From: a phage
DNA: 51,277 nucleotides
Strand: one strand, 5' to 3'
Sequence record: NC_105513.1
Shown here: one piece after another, positions 36,797-47,092 of the stretch
Numbering within the stretch: the first letter of the stretch is position 1
How the letters are laid out: each line of letters opens with the position of its first letter
Program-made: the position numbers and the translations under genes
Notes under the pieces: model-generated
Databases searched by the model: none
Told to the model about the DNA's origin: nothing
Seen by the model: the letters and a program-made list of their open reading frames with translations, nothing else

Positions 36797-36824
36797 CTTA
36801 TAAAAAAGCGCCCCGAAAGGCGCT
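36797..36824 (-). terminator. rho-independent terminator after glycine-rich gene
   Basis: AAGCGCC-CCGAAA-GGCGCTT; on minus strand followed by TTTTTTAT. Confidence 0.6.
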
Positions 36825-36831
36825 TGATTTA

Positions 36832-37536
36832 TTAGCAACCGCAGCAGCCAGTCGGCGGAGTCGCCGGAGTAGGCAACTTGAAGTTTACCAGTTGCTCGAC
36901 CTGGTTGATTTTGCAATTCAGTGCGGCGGTCTGGTTTGCCTGAGAAAGAGCAAAACGAGCCTCCTGCAACTGAGCTTTCATATCACAAATCAGAACAGCC
37001 TGAGAATCAGCGAACTGTTGACGAATCAGATCTCGCGTTGCATTGCCTTGTCGCTCAATATTCAGGTTTGTCTCACAGCAACATCTCTCCGCTGCAATCT
37101 GTGCCTGATAGGAACGCTCAAGAGCATTAACATCAGCAGCATTAATCGCAGCAACTGTCTGGTTAGTACCGCTAACAATCGCGGTATTCAGTCCGGCGAA
37201 ACCTTGCACCGATGCAAGCAGGTTTTGCGTATTCTGGCTGGTAATGCCGTTAAAGGTTGATGCGGCGGAGCGCTCAACGGCAAGGTTTGTGGAGTTTTGG
37301 CCTTGCAGAGTTTGCAGCCCCAGGTTGTTTACGCCTGTCTGGATGTTATTAATACCATCAAGAACAGCGTTAGCACCGACAGCAACAGCCGCACCATCAC
37401 CACCATAACCACCACGACCATTAAAGCCGTTACCAAACCATGACCCAATCAGGCCGCCAACAGCACCGCCAAGTCCAGCCGCGCCAGCTTCGCCACCAAA
37501 ACCACCACCAGTAGGGAGTAAAGTCATATCCGACAT
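36832..37536 (-). CDS. glycine-rich protein of unknown function
   Basis: 234 aa from MSDMTLLPTGGG (RBS AAGAGGAA); Gly-rich N-terminus, Gln/Asn-rich helical middle, C-terminus PTGCCGC; terminators on both sides. Confidence 0.55.
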   Translation of the reverse strand: MSDMTLLPTGGGFGGEAGAAGLGGAVGGLIGSWFGNGFNGRGGYGGDGAAVAVGANAVLDGINNIQTGVNNLGLQTLQGQNSTNLAVERSAASTFNGITSQNTQNLLASVQGFAGLNTAIVSGTNQTVAAINAADVNALERSYQAQIAAERCCCETNLNIERQGNATRDLIRQQFADSQAVLICDMKAQLQEARFALSQANQTAALNCKINQVEQLVNFKLPTPATPPTGCCGC

Positions 37537-37670
37537 AGTAAATTCCTCTTTGACGTTAAAAAATATTAAAAAAGTTTGTAACACTCTCGTTACGACAAAG
37601 AGTATGCGCCTAACTGTCAGGAATAGATATAAAACATTTGTAAGCGATATGTCAGCAAATGGCATAAAGA

Positions 37671-37700
37671 CGAAAAAAGGCGCAGCCTAAGCCGCGCCTT
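37671..37700 (-). terminator. rho-independent terminator after tail fibre gene
   Basis: minus strand AAGGCGCGGC-TTAG-GCTGCGCCTT then TTTTTCG. Confidence 0.65.
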
Positions 37701-37714
37701 GTGATTATTTTTTG

Positions 37715-40111
37715 TTAACTCTCAAGAGTTGTTGGCTTGTTGATCAATGCAGAAACAGCCGCTTTTAACTCCTCTATTTCTTCTCTCATTGATTTCAAGT
37801 CTTCTTCTTGCTCCTTACATACCTGAAGTAAATATGCTGAAATTGCTGAGTAATCAACTTGTAAAAATTCAGCTTTACCTATTAACTCACTTCCGTCTTT
37901 CGTCGGCCCTTGAAGATAATCATAATCCTCAAAAGTGCTAACAGCTTCAGGAATAACTCCTTGAACTTCTTGTGCTATAACTCCAACATGACGAGATCCA
38001 TCTTTCTTAAGTGTGTATGAATACCCACACAGTTTACTAAGTCCATCCCTTGCATTCTTAAGTGGTTTTATATCTTCCTTAAGATTTACATCCGATCCCT
38101 GGTTGAAAGCGCTTGCGTTTACAGGTCCGTTAACCTGAAGATGCTTTGTGTTATTTGAGTTTAATTGCGCATAAAAAACCCACCCAGGGCCATTATCGAA
38201 ACCACACTCAATAACCGACAATCGATCTGACCCATTACCCCACAATTTGAAGGTTGCAGGGTGTGACGAGTTGCCGTCGTTCAGCATTTTGAAATACTTT
38301 CCGCTCGGACGGTCGATCTCTAAACTTGCGGCCTGGACGTATGCCTTGCCCGCAAAATTCTTTGTACCAAGCACAACGCCGTCTGTGATCAGATCAACCT
38401 TAGACGATGTAACATCGTTCAGGAATAGCGCGTTCGCCCCAGTGTCCTTCCCTAAAAACCAAAGACGCGTGCCTGCTGAGTTGTACCCTGTTACGTGCAG
38501 TGGTTGGTTGTTTGTTGACGTTGTTCCGTCGATCCGGAAGCCACCATTAGCGGTTGTAACTTTAATGCTGGGTACGGTCATAGCAAATGTGCCACTGGCT
38601 GCAAGGCCATTATAGGCAATCAGCTTGTTGTCATATGCAAGCTCACCATTGTCCCTTAATTGCAAGAATTTATTAGATGCCGAGTTGGAAACAGAAACAT
38701 CATTAGGCCAGGTGCGAAGAACTGCGCGCTTTTCGTCCCCTCTAGCCTCCACCGAAGAACCAGCGACCACCCCAGAAAAAGTCGGCGACGACCCCGCGTT
38801 ATACAGTTCGTACCACTGCGACCATGGGCCAGTCGTCGCGTTGCCTAGCCATCGAATCCAACGCCGCCCGTTGCCGTAGGCGGTGTACGTCTGTACGCAA
38901 CTCTTCGGATCGTTAGCACCGGATCTTTGCACCAGTAAACAACCCGCCATGTTAATAGGATAGTTACGCTCTGGGGTGGCGTTAGCCGACATGGACTGAT
39001 AATAAAATCCAGCCTTATCACCCTGAAGGATGTTAAGGTCTTCGCTAACCAACGTTGCCCGTCGCTCATGCATGACCTGAAGGTTGGCGCGCGCTCCCTG
39101 GTCGTTCGATGCGCCTGTCCCGCCGTCCCCGATCGCCACGTCACCGTTAGCACCCAGCTTCGCCAGTTCAATGGCGCCAACACTTCCCGACGCACCGTTG
39201 ATCGCGTTGTTGTTCCCCGAGAAAACTTTAACGCGCGAGGTTTGCCAATCAACGTTGATTGCAAAGAATGTATCCCCCGCGCCTCCACATACGCCAGGTC
39301 CGTATCTGAAAGGGGTCATCTCACCCGATGGGAACTGCGAAATATCATCGACGCGCCAGAATCCTCCTTTGACCGTATCGCGCAACCGCTTGAGCATATC
39401 CCTTACGCCAGTCGGTGCCGGTAATGTTACGCCAGCATACGGCACTCTATTTTGAGCTTCTGAGCTTTCAGCAGCAGCCGCTGCGCGATCAGCCTCTGTT
39501 TTAGCCTTGTTCGCACTGTTTGCAGCATTAGTTTCAGATGTTTTGGCGTTTGTCTCAGAAGTCTTCGCGGCACTAGCCGAGTTAGCAGCATTAGTTTCCG
39601 ATGTTTTAGCCGCATTCTTACTTGCATTAGCTGCATTTTCAGATGCTTTGGCATTAGTTTCCGATGTTTTAGCGTTTGTCTCAGAAGTCTTCGCAGCGCT
39701 GGCGCTTTGTTTTGCTGATTCAGCGCCTTGCTTGACTTGATTTACAAGATCCTTCAATCCTTCAAGATCGAAATCTCTAAAAAATTCAAGTGCGTCAGCG
39801 ATCTCTGTTTCTTTGCTTTGATAGTAACGCAATGTTTCAGCTACATCTTGAGCAAGACCATCAACAGTTATTGAGTCATGAAGTAAGATCGCGTAATTTG
39901 AACGGGCAACTACCGCGCCACCAGTTGTAATTGCACGAATGCTTGTATCGTTAATAACTTCAGTTATCACGGCAATCTGCAACGGCTGAGTTAAAAATAC
40001 AATAGTTGCACCAGGGCGAATGAGCGTTAGTTGCTCTCGCCATTTTGTGTCGTATCCAGTGATATAACCTTGCGCGTCCATTGACGCTTGTCCTGTTCTG
40101 TAAATTGCCAT
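37715..40111 (-). CDS. L-shaped (side) tail fibre, T5 pb1-like, with C-terminal intramolecular chaperone domain
   Basis: 798 aa from MAIYRTGQ (RBS GGAGAAA); AAKTSETNA-type repeats as in T5 pb1; C-terminal segment resembling S74 self-cleaving chaperone domain. Confidence 0.8.
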   Translation of the reverse strand: MAIYRTGQASMDAQGYITGYDTKWREQLTLIRPGATIVFLTQPLQIAVITEVINDTSIRAITTGGAVVARSNYAILLHDSITVDGLAQDVAETLRYYQSKETEIADALEFFRDFDLEGLKDLVNQVKQGAESAKQSASAAKTSETNAKTSETNAKASENAANASKNAAKTSETNAANSASAAKTSETNAKTSETNAANSANKAKTEADRAAAAAESSEAQNRVPYAGVTLPAPTGVRDMLKRLRDTVKGGFWRVDDISQFPSGEMTPFRYGPGVCGGAGDTFFAINVDWQTSRVKVFSGNNNAINGASGSVGAIELAKLGANGDVAIGDGGTGASNDQGARANLQVMHERRATLVSEDLNILQGDKAGFYYQSMSANATPERNYPINMAGCLLVQRSGANDPKSCVQTYTAYGNGRRWIRWLGNATTGPWSQWYELYNAGSSPTFSGVVAGSSVEARGDEKRAVLRTWPNDVSVSNSASNKFLQLRDNGELAYDNKLIAYNGLAASGTFAMTVPSIKVTTANGGFRIDGTTSTNNQPLHVTGYNSAGTRLWFLGKDTGANALFLNDVTSSKVDLITDGVVLGTKNFAGKAYVQAASLEIDRPSGKYFKMLNDGNSSHPATFKLWGNGSDRLSVIECGFDNGPGWVFYAQLNSNNTKHLQVNGPVNASAFNQGSDVNLKEDIKPLKNARDGLSKLCGYSYTLKKDGSRHVGVIAQEVQGVIPEAVSTFEDYDYLQGPTKDGSELIGKAEFLQVDYSAISAYLLQVCKEQEEDLKSMREEIEELKAAVSALINKPTTLES
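39480..39720 (-). repeat. in-frame tandem repeats (about 62-bp period) inside tail fibre gene
   Basis: GCATTAGTTTC(A/C)GATGTTTT(G/A)GC recurs at about 39527, 39589, 39651; encodes AAKTSETNA-type repeats. Confidence 0.7.
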
Positions 40112-40169
40112 GCGCTTTCTCCAATGTTGCATGTTAATGTCAATGAAGATAATAGCATTTGCTAAGGCC

Positions 40170-40193
40170 AAAAAAAACCCCGCAATGCGGGGT
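40170..40193 (-). terminator. rho-independent terminator after primase-like gene
   Basis: ACCCCGC-AAT-GCGGGGT; minus strand followed by eight U. Confidence 0.65.
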
Positions 40194-40209
40194 AAAGTAG
40201 CAGTGACAT

Positions 40210-41142
40210 TTAGAGAATTGATTCAGGTTTGAAAACCTTCCTCTCTATCCCTTGCCTGTAATTATCATTAATCGGCATCATAATTTCAAGACCTCTTTCC
40301 TCTGCGGCAATGATAGCGTCACGATCTGTGCTCTTACAGACAACTCGCATTCTTCTGTTGCCTTTATACCTGTAAGCAACAATCTCAATGTTAGTCGCAT
40401 CAAAGCAGGCCCAAACCTCTTGACCAGTTGCAAGGTGAATATGTTGCGCATCAATCCAGTCAACGCAAAGATAGATAGTCTTATCTGTGCTTCCTGTTCT
40501 CACAACCGACCCGCGCGTGTAATCCTTAGCGAGAAAAGATTTATTTCCTTCTTCATCAATGAAAAGCACATTGCACATTTCATCATCAATCTCATCTGAG
40601 TGTACCAGGTGACACGGTAGCGCGTGAATGTATCGACCATCTTTAACGCCGCATTCATAATAACCATCTTCAGGCGGATATATCCCTTCATATGTACTTA
40701 ACGGCGTGCGATCAAATTTTAGTGTTTTTGACATAACGCGCTCGCAGCATTCATGGCTTGCCTGCTTCCCAAACGAATAACCAGAATCACGAGATACTCG
40801 CTTATTTGCCTTGATCCTATAGTCCTGCGGAACTTTTCCAAGAAAGCGGCCCAAAATATTGATCACTTCGCTGTAAGGTTCTCCGGTTAGCTTCATGATC
40901 CAACCAATTCCAGTATCGTTTCCGCACACATTGCAGATAGCGCCGCCGTCGCCTTTTTTATCTCCAAGTTTATCAGTCCATCTAAAGCGATCCTTTCCGC
41001 CGCAGTGTGGGCAAGATTGATGCTTGCCGTTAAAAACTTCATTTGGAAGACCGCAAATACTTTGTAGCGCCTCACGCCATAATCCCTGCATATATGGGAG
41101 AACATCTTCCTTTTGATAAACCATAAAGTTTTCGTTATTCAT
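40210..41142 (-). CDS. putative DNA primase (zinc-ribbon, Toprim-like)
   Basis: 310 aa from [10 protein letters not shown] (RBS GAGGTG); CPHCGG...CNVCG zinc ribbon; acidic C-terminal domain. Confidence 0.5.
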   Translation of the reverse strand: MNNENFMVYQKEDVLPYMQGLWREALQSICGLPNEVFNGKHQSCPHCGGKDRFRWTDKLGDKKGDGGAICNVCGNDTGIGWIMKLTGEPYSEVINILGRFLGKVPQDYRIKANKRVSRDSGYSFGKQASHECCERVMSKTLKFDRTPLSTYEGIYPPEDGYYECGVKDGRYIHALPCHLVHSDEIDDEMCNVLFIDEEGNKSFLAKDYTRGSVVRTGSTDKTIYLCVDWIDAQHIHLATGQEVWACFDATNIEIVAYRYKGNRRMRVVCKSTDRDAIIAAEERGLEIMMPINDNYRQGIERKVFKPESIL

Positions 41143-41198
41143 ATGCACCTCAAACAAAAAAGCCTGACAGATGATAACATCATGCCAGGCATTGGTTT

Positions 41199-41672
41199 TT
41201 AGCAATTAGTGCTTTCAGGTTTATACAGGAATCCTCCAGGCTCATAATCTGACATTCTTACCACTCGCAACATTTCGCGCTTATCACATCTCTTTGTGAG
41301 CGGTTTGCCATTGGAATCAAATCGCAGATCTGGACGACAGAATGATGCGCGATAGCCTTGACATCCATATTTTTTGTAATCGTTATGCACCTTTTGAGCG
41401 CCAGCGGCTGAAATCATACCGCGAACGCGCCACTGATTTACAGTTTGCTGGCTAACGTTAAGACGCTTTGCCATTGCTGACACGCTGCCGTAATACTCAA
41501 TAAGAATGTCAAGCCGTGCTTTTAGTCCGGCGCGCACTTCATCTTTTAAAACATAGTATCCTGTAGGGCGCTTGCGCTTTTTCTTATCTTTACCCCGTCG
41601 AGTTCCGTTATTGCCATTGATTGTGCGTTTGTCAATCTTACCAGTTGATACTGCGATTCGCTGTTCTTTCAT
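41199..41672 (-). CDS. putative DNA-binding protein
   Basis: 157 aa; basic N-terminus (KDKKKRKRP) and helix-turn-helix-like LNVSQQTVNQWRVRG. Confidence 0.45.
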   Translation of the reverse strand: MKEQRIAVSTGKIDKRTINGNNGTRRGKDKKKRKRPTGYYVLKDEVRAGLKARLDILIEYYGSVSAMAKRLNVSQQTVNQWRVRGMISAAGAQKVHNDYKKYGCQGYRASFCRPDLRFDSNGKPLTKRCDKREMLRVVRMSDYEPGGFLYKPESTNC

Positions 41673-41684
41673 TATTCATTCTCC

Positions 41685-41728
41685 AATAGCATTTTTTGTT
41701 AAACGATGATTTAATGATTGTGTATTAT
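41685..41728 (+). promoter_or_regulatory. box-type promoter (-10 TATTAT 41723..41728)
   Basis: AATAGCATTTTTTGTTAAAC; 21-bp spacer; upstream of helicase gene. Confidence 0.55.
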
Positions 41729-41761
41729 ACACGCCAAATGGCATTACTCAAAGGTTTTAGA

Positions 41762-43801
41762 ATGATTCCAAACATTGAAAAGCAAATATCAGCACTTGGT
41801 GAGGCGGTAATTAAATCCATTCAGGAGCGATTCACTGTTGGCGATATTGTGCCTTACCCTTACCAGTGCGTTGCATACGCTGAGATCGCAAAGCGTATGA
41901 AAAATTATGAGCATCCATTCTTTGTTAAAGCGTCCGTATCGGCTGGCAAAACATTGATGTTTGCAATGGTTGCTCACCAGTGCCGGAAAATGGGCTTGAA
42001 AATGATGGTACTTGCTCGCCAGGCTGAGATTGTGGATCAGGATTCTGAAGAGATAACAAATCTTGGTGTGCCGAACTCCATCTATTGTGCAGGACTGAAG
42101 ACAAAAAGCGCATACTTTCCGATCGTTGTTGGCTCTGAGGGAACTGTAGTTAATGGACTGTTTAAAGCGCTTGGCGACTATGTTCCGCACGTTATCGGGA
42201 TTGACGAGTGTCACCAGGTGGATTGGGAAGACCTTGCCGACGCAATAGAGAAAGACGAATCATTTTTACAAATGACGACGAAGAAAGGCGAAAAAGTACC
42301 AAATCCAGATTATGACATAACTAGCGATAACGAATGCGAAGAGTTTCTGATTGGTGAGGATGGATTGCCAATGGAGGGAACAGGCCGCACACAATACACT
42401 GTCATTATCATGGAAATGATGCGCCGCTGCCGGAAAACATATGGTCATGAACTGCGCATCTTTGGTATGACTGGATCAGAGTTTCGCGGCGTGGTTCCGA
42501 TCCTTGTCGAAGATAAAAAGCAGAAAGGATTCTGGCGCGAACAGGTTACTAATATTGACACCAACTACCTGATCAAATTCGGTTCTGTTGTGCCAACAAA
42601 TTTTGGCGACGTTGGCGATCTAGGGTATGACCTTTCAGAGTTTGAGGCATCCAGTGAGGATGGCGTTGCAGACTTTGACGCTAAAACGCTTCGCAGGATG
42701 GAACAAAAAATTCATGAAGAAGCGACCATGACAAAGCGCATCATGGCGAAAGTTCACGAGATCTGTAAAAACCGTAACGGCGTACTTGTTACATGTGCAG
42801 GAGAAAGGCATTGCAAAGAGGCAGCGGCAGCTTTGCCACCTGGAACGACTTACAGGATCATTACTGGTAAGACTGGCGACAACCAGCGCAAGGAGTGGTT
42901 GAAGGAAGCATACGAGGGGAAGGTAAAATACATCTTCCAGGTTCAGGCGCTAACAACTGGCGTTAACGTGCCGTTTTGGGATACGTCGGTTATATTGCGT
43001 AAGATTGGATCTCTTACGTTGCTGATTCAGCTTTTAGGGCGCGGAATGCGACTACTTAAGAAGTGGCATAAGGAGCAAGGATTCCAGAAAGATGATCATC
43101 TCGTCATGGATTTTTCAGGAACGATGGACGAGCTAGGGGAGCTTTATTTTGATCCGATACTGGAACAGGCGCAGCACCAGAAGCGATTCAGAAATGGTAA
43201 AGATCCGAAGCCTTGTCCTATTTGCGGAACTCTTAACAGCTATTATGCTCGTCGCTGTATGCACGTAGACGAAGACGGCAACAGATGCGAGTGGTTCTTT
43301 AAATTCAGGACATGTGACGATCAGGTTGACCCACGCACTAAAAAGATTATTCAGCGCGGTTGTGGAACGAAAAATGATATTGCGGCCAGGGTATGCAGAC
43401 ATTGCGACATGTCATTGATTGACCCTAACGAGAAGTTAAGCGGAAAGCACTACACAAAAAACGACTGGTTCCAGGTGCAATCTTTCTCGGTTGACATGAC
43501 GAAAAACCAGAAAGGGATAATATTTAATTATGAGCTTTCCGATGGCATAGACACTTTCAGGGCGAGAGAGATATTTTTCCCTGAATCTGAGAGCCAAATT
43601 TGCCGCGCAAAATGGCGAAGCGTTGCTCTTAAGCACATACCAGATCGCCGCGTTGCTGGCATGGTGGCGAGCTATCGTAATGCACGAAAAATAATGCAAT
43701 ATGTTAATCACATTATGCCGCCATCGCGTGTGACTCACCGCAAGACTAGCAAGGGCGAAGATAATTTGTACAAGAAGGAATTTAATTATGGCAATGACTG
43801 A
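41762..43801 (+). CDS. ATP-dependent helicase (superfamily 2) with C-terminal zinc fingers
   Basis: 679 aa from MIPNIEKQ; Walker A SAGKTLMF, DECH box IGIDECHQV; C-terminal CPICG...C...C clusters. Confidence 0.8.
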   Translation: MIPNIEKQISALGEAVIKSIQERFTVGDIVPYPYQCVAYAEIAKRMKNYEHPFFVKASVSAGKTLMFAMVAHQCRKMGLKMMVLARQAEIVDQDSEEITNLGVPNSIYCAGLKTKSAYFPIVVGSEGTVVNGLFKALGDYVPHVIGIDECHQVDWEDLADAIEKDESFLQMTTKKGEKVPNPDYDITSDNECEEFLIGEDGLPMEGTGRTQYTVIIMEMMRRCRKTYGHELRIFGMTGSEFRGVVPILVEDKKQKGFWREQVTNIDTNYLIKFGSVVPTNFGDVGDLGYDLSEFEASSEDGVADFDAKTLRRMEQKIHEEATMTKRIMAKVHEICKNRNGVLVTCAGERHCKEAAAALPPGTTYRIITGKTGDNQRKEWLKEAYEGKVKYIFQVQALTTGVNVPFWDTSVILRKIGSLTLLIQLLGRGMRLLKKWHKEQGFQKDDHLVMDFSGTMDELGELYFDPILEQAQHQKRFRNGKDPKPCPICGTLNSYYARRCMHVDEDGNRCEWFFKFRTCDDQVDPRTKKIIQRGCGTKNDIAARVCRHCDMSLIDPNEKLSGKHYTKNDWFQVQSFSVDMTKNQKGIIFNYELSDGIDTFRAREIFFPESESQICRAKWRSVALKHIPDRRVAGMVASYRNARKIMQYVNHIMPPSRVTHRKTSKGEDNLYKKEFNYGND

Positions 43802-44207
43802 TAAAGGCGATTATCTGGAGTTTTACGAAAGAGATCCGACAGATACTCTGAAAGAGGAATCGCACCAGATCGGGGCGTTTCAATGGGTAACTTATGCTCA
43901 TCCTGAATTACTGGCATGGCATACGAAAAACGAGGGCGATAAGGGAATCGCCACCGCAATGATGGATCAGCAAGCCGGACTAGTTAAGGGTGTAAGTGAT
44001 TTTATCATCCTGATTGGATTAAAAGGCCGTTACCCGTTCGCGGCAATAGAGATGAAGCGCGTCAATAAGTCCGGCAAGGGGAAGGCTTCACCAGTCAGCA
44101 AGGATCAAAAAGCCTTCTTGCGCCGTGTGCGTGAGCTTGGCGGATTCGCTGCCGTAACATACGGATATAAGCAATTCATGATCGCTGTAGAATACATGAT
44201 GAAATAG
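43788..44207 (+). CDS. putative VRR-NUC domain nuclease
   Basis: 139 aa; GVSDFIILIG ... AAIEMKR resembles PD-(D/E)XK VRR-NUC core; adjacent to helicase. Confidence 0.5.
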   Translation: MAMTDKGDYLEFYERDPTDTLKEESHQIGAFQWVTYAHPELLAWHTKNEGDKGIATAMMDQQAGLVKGVSDFIILIGLKGRYPFAAIEMKRVNKSGKGKASPVSKDQKAFLRRVRELGGFAAVTYGYKQFMIAVEYMMK

Positions 44208-44247
44208 CACTTTTTGTTAAAACTGGCGCGAAGGATTGCGCCATAAT
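44203..44247 (+). promoter_or_regulatory. box-type promoter (-10 CATAAT 44242..44247)
   Basis: stop TAG 44205..44207 inside box; inverted repeat in spacer; upstream of dam. Confidence 0.6.
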
Positions 44248-44281
44248 AACACCAGTTCAACAAGCAACAGGTAATTAAGAA

Positions 44282-44983
44282 ATGAGTAAAGAAACTGAAG
44301 TGACATTTGAACAAATAGAACGAGAAACATTCATTGGCAATGCTCTTGCTACTGGAGGCCATTACCAGGCCGTTAAACCAAATCAATATTATAAAGTCAC
44401 TGGCAACCGCTATAACGGCAGCAATACGCCGGACGTTGTGCGAGATTTGTGGTCTACGCCGTCTGAGCTTGTCGCATGGATGGAAATCGAATACGGTGAT
44501 TATGACATCGACGCGGCGGCAAGCAAAGAAAATGCTGTATGTGAAAAATTCTACAGCAAGGAAACAAATTGCTTAAAGCGTTGGTGGGGTAGTAATAAGC
44601 ATATATGGCTGAATCCGCCGTACAGCAATATAACGCCTTTCGTTAAGAAAGCGATTGAGCAAATGGAGCACAATAACCAGATCGACATTCTGTTACCTTG
44701 CGACACATCGACAGGATGGTTTTATGAGGCACAGCAGAAAGCAGCGGAAATCATCTGGATCACTGGCGAAGTTTACCAGGAGGGCGGAACAGAATATTCC
44801 CGAACAGGACGCCTTGCGTTTACCTCGGCCCTTACAGGTAAACCAGTACAGGGAAACAACAAAGGCAGCGTTATTTTCATCATGCGAGAACTGAAAGAAG
44901 GTGAGAAGCAGAAAACGCGATACGTTAAAATCAGCGACATTTGCCCTTCGGTGGCAGACCGTCGCGCACGGAAACGGAGCTAA
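44282..44983 (+). CDS. dam: DNA N6-adenine methyltransferase (phage Dam-like)
   Basis: 233 aa; YDIDAAAS and NPPY catalytic motifs. Confidence 0.8.
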   Translation: MSKETEVTFEQIERETFIGNALATGGHYQAVKPNQYYKVTGNRYNGSNTPDVVRDLWSTPSELVAWMEIEYGDYDIDAAASKENAVCEKFYSKETNCLKRWWGSNKHIWLNPPYSNITPFVKKAIEQMEHNNQIDILLPCDTSTGWFYEAQQKAAEIIWITGEVYQEGGTEYSRTGRLAFTSALTGKPVQGNNKGSVIFIMRELKEGEKQKTRYVKISDICPSVADRRARKRS

Positions 44984-44987
44984 AGCC

Positions 44988-45245
44988 ATGCAAAAAGAAA
45001 GAAGCATTTATTTAAATGAAACTGGAAAGTGGTTGTTATTTCGCGCTATGGTATGCGATGCACTTGATAAAAACCCTAACGTGAAAAAGATGATTGATTG
45101 CGATCCGTGGGAATTTTCAAGCGCATTAGACATGAGCTTTGAGGAGATCAAAAAACTCCCGCTTGAAAAATGGAACGAGCAAATCAGAAATGACATGCAA
45201 GAATTTGTCGATTCGTGGAATTTTCAGCACGGAATAATCCACTAA
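44988..45245 (+). CDS. hypothetical protein
   Basis: 85 aa from MQKERSIY, RBS GGAG. Confidence 0.5.
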   Translation: MQKERSIYLNETGKWLLFRAMVCDALDKNPNVKKMIDCDPWEFSSALDMSFEEIKKLPLEKWNEQIRNDMQEFVDSWNFQHGIIH

Positions 45246-45288
45246 TAGCACTTTTTGTTAAAACGCCCGACCTTGTGTCGGGCATAAT
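45244..45288 (+). promoter_or_regulatory. box-type promoter (-10 CATAAT 45283..45288)
   Basis: 22-bp spacer containing inverted repeat GCCCGA...TCGGGC. Confidence 0.6.
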
Positions 45289-45320
45289 TATTTCATCAAA
45301 ACGAACAAGAGGAAAACAAA

Positions 45321-45500
45321 ATGGTTGTTTACGATCCACGCGCTTTTAAAATTGCTCAAGAAGTTTCACGCGAATCTGTTGCTGGCGGTTCGGTTAACGG
45401 CTATCAGTTTGATTGGTCGGCAGCAATGACCTTGCTTAAGGTTGCATATGGTCACGCGCCAATTGAAACAGCGGAGGCATATTATAAGCATGAAGGTTGA
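45321..45500 (+). CDS. hypothetical small protein (59 aa)
   Basis: MVVYDPRAFKIAQEV...; RBS AAGAGGAAAA; below ORF-track cutoff. Confidence 0.4.
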   Translation: MVVYDPRAFKIAQEVSRESVAGGSVNGYQFDWSAAMTLLKVAYGHAPIETAEAYYKHEG

Positions 45501-45732
45501 ACAAGGTAGGCAGGCTGTATGGGATCACGCAAAGGAATGCGGGATCGCAGAAGACATAGCCAGGATAGCGAAATATTTTGATATTGCTGACATAAGCATT
45601 ATCAGCGGCGACAAAATGACATTTCTCAATGAGCGACCGCGCAAAATGCATCGAGTACCTGCAATACCAACAAAGATTGATTTCAAAGAGGCTATGGCGA
45701 AAATTCGCGAGCCGCGCAAATACTACAAATGA
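45490..45732 (+). CDS. hypothetical protein
   Basis: 80 aa from MKVEQGRQ; RBS GGAGG. Confidence 0.45.
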   Translation: MKVEQGRQAVWDHAKECGIAEDIARIAKYFDIADISIISGDKMTFLNERPRKMHRVPAIPTKIDFKEAMAKIREPRKYYK

Positions 45733-45830
45733 GGATTATTATCATGTGGCGTTTGTTACTTTTGCCCTTACCTGTTATGATGGTGATCTCTATTGTATAT
45801 GTTGTCATAATGAGATAAGGAGAATTTTTG

Positions 45831-46946
45831 ATGAAGCAAATCAAAATCACAGATGAACAATTTATCAATGAGCGCAAGCAGGGAAAGACATATAAGCAGA
45901 TCGCTAGTGAGTATGGCATGAACGTTCGCAGCATTGAGCGACGCGCGGCACGATTAGCAAAGCAGGGTAAAGTTACAACCATCGGATCACCTGGTTTTGG
46001 TGTTACTGGAGAATCAAAGCTAATTGATAAAGATGGCAATGTGGTTATGACATGGATTAAGACAAGCAAAGACCGCGAACAGTTAGAAGCATTAATGCAG
46101 GCCGCTATGGATGCATTTAGCGAAGAAGTTCCGCGACTTGATCCGCAGCCAGAATCACAAAAGGATTATAGCGAGACGTTATCACTGTATCCGATCTTTG
46201 ACATGCACTTGGGCGCAATGGCGCATAAGCATGAATGCGGCGAGAATTGGGATACAGCAACAGCAGAGCGCGTAATGAATAATTTCATTGATTATTCCAT
46301 CCAGTGCGCGCCGGATAGTGAAAAAGCTGTTTTGCTGATTGGTGGTGATATGCTTCACAGCGACGGACTGGAAGCGGTGACACCTGCAAGCGGTCACGTA
46401 TTAGATCAAGATAGTCGATACGCAAAACTTGTTTATGTTGCCATCCGGTCAGTGCGTCGAGCAATCACAAAGCTGTTATCAAAACACAAAAACGTCGAGA
46501 TTCAGATTATTGAAGGAAACCACGACCAAAGCGGCATGATCTGGTTGCGCGCAGCAATGGCGGCAGCGTATGAGAATGAGCCGCGAGTGCATGTTGATGT
46601 GTCTCCGCGAGTGGTTCATCACACACAATATGGCAAAACATTCCTGGCATACCATCATGGGCACACTATCCGCAAGCCTGAAACATTGCTCATGATGTGT
46701 GCGGCAGACTGGCGCGAAGACTTCGGAAATTCAAAAATGATGTATGCTCACGTAGGGCACTGGCATCATCAGACAGTAACTGAAACAAGTCTGGGCATTG
46801 TTGAAGTGCATAGCACTATGGCGGCAAAAGATGCATATGCGGCGCGCGGTGGATGGCGTTCTCGTCGCCGTGCGGCTGTTATTGTTTATGATAAAGAATA
46901 CGGAGAAGTAGGTCGATTTATGCATTATCCAGAAATGGCTGGTTGA
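45831..46946 (+). CDS. calcineurin-like metallophosphoesterase with N-terminal HTH-like extension
   Basis: 372 aa; ordered MPP motifs FDMH, GGDMLHSDG, EGNHD, YHHGH, GHWHH; N-terminal YKQIASEYGMNVRSIERRAARL. Confidence 0.6.
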   Translation: MKQIKITDEQFINERKQGKTYKQIASEYGMNVRSIERRAARLAKQGKVTTIGSPGFGVTGESKLIDKDGNVVMTWIKTSKDREQLEALMQAAMDAFSEEVPRLDPQPESQKDYSETLSLYPIFDMHLGAMAHKHECGENWDTATAERVMNNFIDYSIQCAPDSEKAVLLIGGDMLHSDGLEAVTPASGHVLDQDSRYAKLVYVAIRSVRRAITKLLSKHKNVEIQIIEGNHDQSGMIWLRAAMAAAYENEPRVHVDVSPRVVHHTQYGKTFLAYHHGHTIRKPETLLMMCAADWREDFGNSKMMYAHVGHWHHQTVTETSLGIVEVHSTMAAKDAYAARGGWRSRRRAAVIVYDKEYGEVGRFMHYPEMAG

Positions 46947-46989
46947 ACTTTTAATCATTAAAATATAAATATAAATCATCAATTTAATT

Positions 46990-47020
46990 GGGCGTGGCAT
47001 TTTGCTTCGCCCTTTTTTTA
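46990..47020 (+). terminator. possible terminator before lysis cassette
   Basis: GGGCG...CGCCC with 13-nt loop then TTTTTTT. Confidence 0.45.
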
Positions 47021-47092
47021 TTCCTTTTTGTGCGTTCAATGGTTAGGATACAATCAATTAATTGTTGACTTTTATATACAGGAGATCTAATC

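Noticed and set aside
40151-40170. AATAGCATTTGCTAAGGCC as a further box copy
   Set aside because: Only the AATAGCA part and scattered bases match; it overlaps a terminator and lacks the TTGTTAAAAC core, so it was not counted.
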